Assembly (NCBI GenBank): GCA_047285805.1
Contig: JBJBCN010000002.1
Coordinates: 704,001-768,000 of the forward strand
Direction: 5' to 3'
DNA: 64,000 nt
Source of the DNA: Synechococcus sp.
GTDB taxonomy: Bacteria > Cyanobacteriota > Cyanobacteriia > PCC-6307 > Cyanobiaceae
The notes beneath the pieces were generated by a model. It was not told the origin of the DNA. It was given only the letters and a program-made list of their open reading frames with translations, and searched no databases. This document shows, one piece after another, positions 60,217 to 64,000 of the stretch; the stretch's first letter is position 1, and each line of letters begins with the position of its first letter. Both the position numbers and the translations under genes were made by a program.

Positions 60217-61396
60217 TTAGGGGGTTTGCAGCACTGCTTGGACTTTGCTCAGCAGATTTGGCATATCAAGCCGGCGCCCATACTGCTGAATGTGGGTTGG
60301 GGTGAGTGGCCGCAAAGTGCTGCGGCCTCTCTGTAGTTTAGGCCAATCTCCACGCAGCGAAGGGCGAACGCATGGCGCTGAATACGCCGAAAGCTCAGGA
60401 GACAGAGATGGTTCGTATGTCTTTCGAGCCCGACGTAGCTGCTGGCTCATGGCCTTACCAGGCGTCTTGCTCTGAGCCAAAGCTGGACGGCCATATTTTT
60501 CCCATCGATACAGGAGGTCGTTGCAGTCCAACCCTGGTGGCGGAACAGCGGAAATCAATCGAAAATCCTTATTGCCGTACATAGTCGACCTGGGCCGCTT
60601 CATCTCGGCGGGAACATGACCGTCTCTCAGTTGAAGCGTGGTGAAGGCCAACTCCGCAGGCCTCAGCCCAAAGACAAACAAGAGATCCCAGCCGACCAGA
60701 TCAGATAGCGTCAGGCGGCTGCGCTGGAACATCGCCCTGGTCTGCGCGATTTCATAGTTGGTGAAGGCCCGGGCACCATCAATCGGATTGGCAGCATTGC
60801 CGTCACCGCGAAGGTCTGAGATGACCTCGGGCCAGTCCCACCCTGCAAATTTCCAGAGCCGGCGGTACCGGTCATGGGCTAATTGACGAGCCTTAGTGTC
60901 TGGATCCCACCGCCTCAGTGCAGCAAATAGCAGCTTCACCTCAGAGGGCCAGGCTTTTTCGGGGGCACATATAAGACGCGCAACGTAGGGCTGGTTCGCG
61001 ACCTTCCACGTCCGCTCGATCATTTTTCCCCCATCAGGGAGACGCGGAGGTGCTCGACCAGCTGGGCGAGGTTTGCTGCGCCAAGCCGCTGGGGATCGTT
61101 AGCCAGGGCGAGGCAATCAGGCCAAAGGAACAAACTCGCCTAGGACCTCGTCGTAGATCTTGCACGCCTCAGCAAGCGCAGCTACTGACGTAGAGGGGCC
61201 AGGATCGGTCCTGAGAGTGATGGCCCTTCGCTTTGGAGCCTCACCCATCTCTTCACCTGGGCGTAAAGGGAGTTCTGCGCTGACGACGCGCAGGCGATCG
61301 TTTTTGCACCTCGATGTTCCAGCCAGGACGGCCGCCTCGATGGAGCTTGAAGCCCTAGCTCAGGTCACTAATCCAGGCGGGGCGATCCTTGGCCAT
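60217..61396 (-). pseudogene. Tyrosine recombinase/integrase, disrupted
   Basis: FGLRPAEL; RHAFALR and GHS..HIQQY recoverable across frameshifts; early TAG after MAKDRPAWISDLS. Confidence 0.85.
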
Positions 61397-61545
61397 TCAC
61401 CTGGGGGGAAATCTGGTTGAAACTTTGCCCCACGCTGATGTAACCACAAGGATTCTGACGGGTCTCGACGTTTGAGACAGATCCGCCTAGAGGCTTGTAA
61501 TTACTGACTCAGAAGCCCAGACAGCAACTGGGATCTGCATTTTCG

Positions 61546-62055
61546 TCAGCCAGGAATTTCATCTGCGACGGCCTGCTCCAAGGGGAGCAGGTCATCAAAC
61601 TCCCCAGCCCGGGTTCGAACAGGGGCGCTGAACCCCCGTGCTTTCACGTTGGAAAAGGTGAACGGACCCGGTGTGCCCGCGGGGACGGCCAGACGCAACG
61701 CGAACGTTGAGGTGCCCTGTTCCACGTCACCAATCGAGCCGACCCGCGCCCGGTTCTGCAACACCGGCTCGCCACTGGCATCGAGAATTTGGGCAAAGAC
61801 GTCGATGTCGAAGATCGTCTTGCGTCCGGGATTTTCAACGCTGCCCCGCAGCACAAAACAGCTGGCGCCACTGGGGCGCTTCAGCTGGGGTTGCGCCCCA
61901 ATGTCCTCCGCCGGACAGGGATCGAGGCTGACGTCGTGAACCGTCAGACCAGCGGCCCAGGCACCGGGCGCAGAGCCCAGAAGCACAACCAGCGACAGGA
62001 CCAGGGCGGCCAGGGCACGGCCGACACCGTTTAAAAGCGCTCTACGCGTCTGCAT
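61546..62055 (-). CDS. Conserved secreted hypothetical protein (integration target)
   Basis: Signal peptide, Cys pair, Ig-like beta pattern. Confidence 0.8.
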   Translation of the reverse strand: MQTRRALLNGVGRALAALVLSLVVLLGSAPGAWAAGLTVHDVSLDPCPAEDIGAQPQLKRPSGASCFVLRGSVENPGRKTIFDIDVFAQILDASGEPVLQNRARVGSIGDVEQGTSTFALRLAVPAGTPGPFTFSNVKARGFSAPVRTRAGEFDDLLPLEQAVADEIPG

Positions 62056-62074
62056 CAGGCCATGCTCCAGCTCT

Positions 62075-62404
62075 TCAGCGGTGGTCGCCGCTGCCAGAGA
62101 TCACGTTACGGGCGACGCGACTGGCCAGTTTGTCCAGATTCGCCTGGGCCACCTCATCCAGGCTGAAGTCCAATTCGCTGGCGAGCTGCGCGACGTACCA
62201 GAGGACATCGCCCAGCTCCAACTTCAGGCTCGCGCGCACCTCAGTGGAGAATTCGCCGCCGGAATCTCGGAGAACCTTTTTGACCTTGTCCGCGACTTCG
62301 CCGGACTCGCCACAAAGCCCCAGGGTCGGGTAGATCGGGTTGGCGCCGACGTTGGGATAGCGCGCTGTCTGCCTGGCACCGTGCTGATAGGCGTTGAGAT
62401 CCAT
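62075..62404 (-). CDS. MazG-like nucleotide pyrophosphohydrolase
   Basis: LGLCGESGEVADKVKK, ELGDVLWY, NLDKL. Confidence 0.9.
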   Translation of the reverse strand: MDLNAYQHGARQTARYPNVGANPIYPTLGLCGESGEVADKVKKVLRDSGGEFSTEVRASLKLELGDVLWYVAQLASELDFSLDEVAQANLDKLASRVARNVISGSGDHR

Positions 62405-62464
62405 TGGTACGACTGCGCTGGAGGGCCTCGATGATAGTGTCGTGCCTCCCCTTTGGCGCCCCGA

Positions 62465-63922
62465 ATGGCCCTGCCCGATCTCACGCGTCGCACCAAGATC
62501 GTGGCAACCATCGGTCCCGCGACCGAATCCCCAGAACAGCTCAGGCGTTTGATCAAGGCGGGTGCTTCCACGTTCCGCCTGAACTTCTCCCACGGTGACC
62601 ACAGCGAGCATGCAGCACGGATCACCACTATCCGCAAAGTTGCGGCAGAAATGGGGGTTCACATCGGAATCCTGCAGGACCTCCAGGGCCCCAAGATTCG
62701 CCTGGGCCGCTTCAAGGATGGTCCGATCACCGTCGCCCAAGGTGACCCCTTCACCCTGACTTCCAGGGACGTCGAGTGCTGCCAAACCATTGCCACCGTC
62801 ACCTACGACAAGTTGGCCGATGAGGTGGTCTCAGGGAGCCGAATCCTCCTGGATGACGGACGCGTCGAGATGGTCGTCGACCGAGTCGAGCAGTCCTCGC
62901 AAACCCTCCATTGCTCCGTCACGGTGGGGGGGGTTCTCTCCAACAACAAGGGCGTCAACTTCCCGGATGTGCAGCTTTCGGTTCGTGCCCTGACAGACAA
63001 GGACCGTGAGGACCTCGAATTTGGCCTAAGCCAAGGCGTCGATTGGGTGGCCCTGAGCTTCGTGCGCAATCCCTCCGACATGGAGGAGATCAAGGCCCTG
63101 ATTCGCTCCCACGGCCACGACACGCCTGTGGTTGCAAAGATCGAAAAATTTGAAGCCATCGACCAGATGGATGCGCTGCTGCCGATGTGCGACGGCGTCA
63201 TGGTTGCCCGCGGCGACCTCGGTGTGGAGATGCCCGCCGAAGAAGTTCCTCTTCTGCAAAAGGAACTGATCCGCAAGTGCAACACCCTGGGCATCCCAGT
63301 GATCACGGCCACCCAGATGCTCGACTCAATGGTGAGCTGCCCAAGGCCAACCCGCGCAGAAGTTAGCGATGTCGCTAACGCAATTCTAGATGGCACCGAC
63401 GCCGTGATGCTCTCCAACGAGAGTGCCGTGGGCGATTACCCGGTCGAGGCCGTCGCGACCATGAGCCAAATCGCCCGGCGGATTGAGCGGGACTACCCCA
63501 GCCGCAGTAGCGATGGTCAACTGGCCTCTACGGTGCCGAACGCCATCTCCCACGCGGTCAGTTCCATTGCCAGCCAGCTGGAGGCGGCCGCCATCCTGCC
63601 GCTGACCAAAAGCGGATCCACGGCTCGCAACGTCAGCAAGTTTCGCCCCAGCACACCGATTCTGGCCATCACCAGCGACACCAAAGTGGCCTCTCAGCTT
63701 CAACTGGTCTGGGGTGTCACCCCCCTGCTGGTCTCCGACATGGACAACGCGGCAGCAACCTTCAATCGCGCCATGGAAGTGGCGGCTGAGGCGAATCTGC
63801 TGAAGGAAGGGGATCTGGTGATTCAAACAGCCGGCACCTTTGCCGATGTCAGCGGCTCAACGGACCTGGTCAAGGTCAGCGTCGTGGGCAAGGGCACCGT
63901 GCTGAACCCGAGCATCGTTTAA
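62465..63922 (+). CDS. pyk: Pyruvate kinase
   Basis: RRTKIVATIGP, DLQGPKIR, MVARGDLG, ATQML..PTRAE. Confidence 0.97.
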   Translation: MALPDLTRRTKIVATIGPATESPEQLRRLIKAGASTFRLNFSHGDHSEHAARITTIRKVAAEMGVHIGILQDLQGPKIRLGRFKDGPITVAQGDPFTLTSRDVECCQTIATVTYDKLADEVVSGSRILLDDGRVEMVVDRVEQSSQTLHCSVTVGGVLSNNKGVNFPDVQLSVRALTDKDREDLEFGLSQGVDWVALSFVRNPSDMEEIKALIRSHGHDTPVVAKIEKFEAIDQMDALLPMCDGVMVARGDLGVEMPAEEVPLLQKELIRKCNTLGIPVITATQMLDSMVSCPRPTRAEVSDVANAILDGTDAVMLSNESAVGDYPVEAVATMSQIARRIERDYPSRSSDGQLASTVPNAISHAVSSIASQLEAAAILPLTKSGSTARNVSKFRPSTPILAITSDTKVASQLQLVWGVTPLLVSDMDNAAATFNRAMEVAAEANLLKEGDLVIQTAGTFADVSGSTDLVKVSVVGKGTVLNPSIV

Positions 63923-63949
63923 AACAGGACAAAGCTGGCCATCCCGGCA

Positions 63950-64000
63950 ATGCCCGCCAAGCTGTCCATGCGCGAGACCGTCGGGATGGCCTTGGCCACC
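63950..64000 (+). CDS. Start of a probable ABC permease (FtsX/MacB-like), cut by the window end
   Basis: MPAKLSMRETVGMALAT resembles MacB-type N-termini; only 17 codons visible. Confidence 0.45.
   Translation, partial: MPAKLSMRETVGMALAT

Larger units (their letters stand above)
58873..61594. mobile_element. Genomic island 2, integrated in the 3' end of gene 61546-62055
   Basis: 27/30-bp direct repeats 58873-58902 and 61565-61594; integrase pseudogene inside. Confidence 0.85.

Noticed and set aside
62404..62785. 236-aa version of the MazG-like ORF
   Set aside because: The extension overlaps pyk antisense; the true start is probably ATG 62404
1..64000. CRISPR array, rRNA or tRNA genes
   Set aside because: No regularly spaced repeat-spacer run and no complete cloverleaf or rRNA signature seen by eye

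Overview
GC-rich picocyanobacterial (Synechococcus/Cyanobium-like) chromosomal segment. It opens with a compatible-solute (glucosylglycerol) cluster: ggpS, a ggt-type ABC transporter, ggpP/stpA, a TreS-like GH13 enzyme, glpD, glpK, mscS and an unannotated divergent GpsA-like dehydrogenase. Next come rpmB, bcp, an ATP-grasp/alpha-E/transglutaminase operon preceded by NtcA boxes, and csaB. Core genes at the right end are psaK, dxs, ilvA, scpB, yggT, a MazG-like gene and pyk. Two decaying tyrosine-integrase islands (~21.7-30.6 kb and ~58.9-61.6 kb) both inserted inside protein-coding genes and replaced their 3' ends; the att duplications and arm-type repeats are readable in the sequence. The islands share a ~95-145 nt structured non-coding repeat, and island 1 carries several more candidate small RNAs. 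All product names come from motif recognition by eye; no database searches were run.
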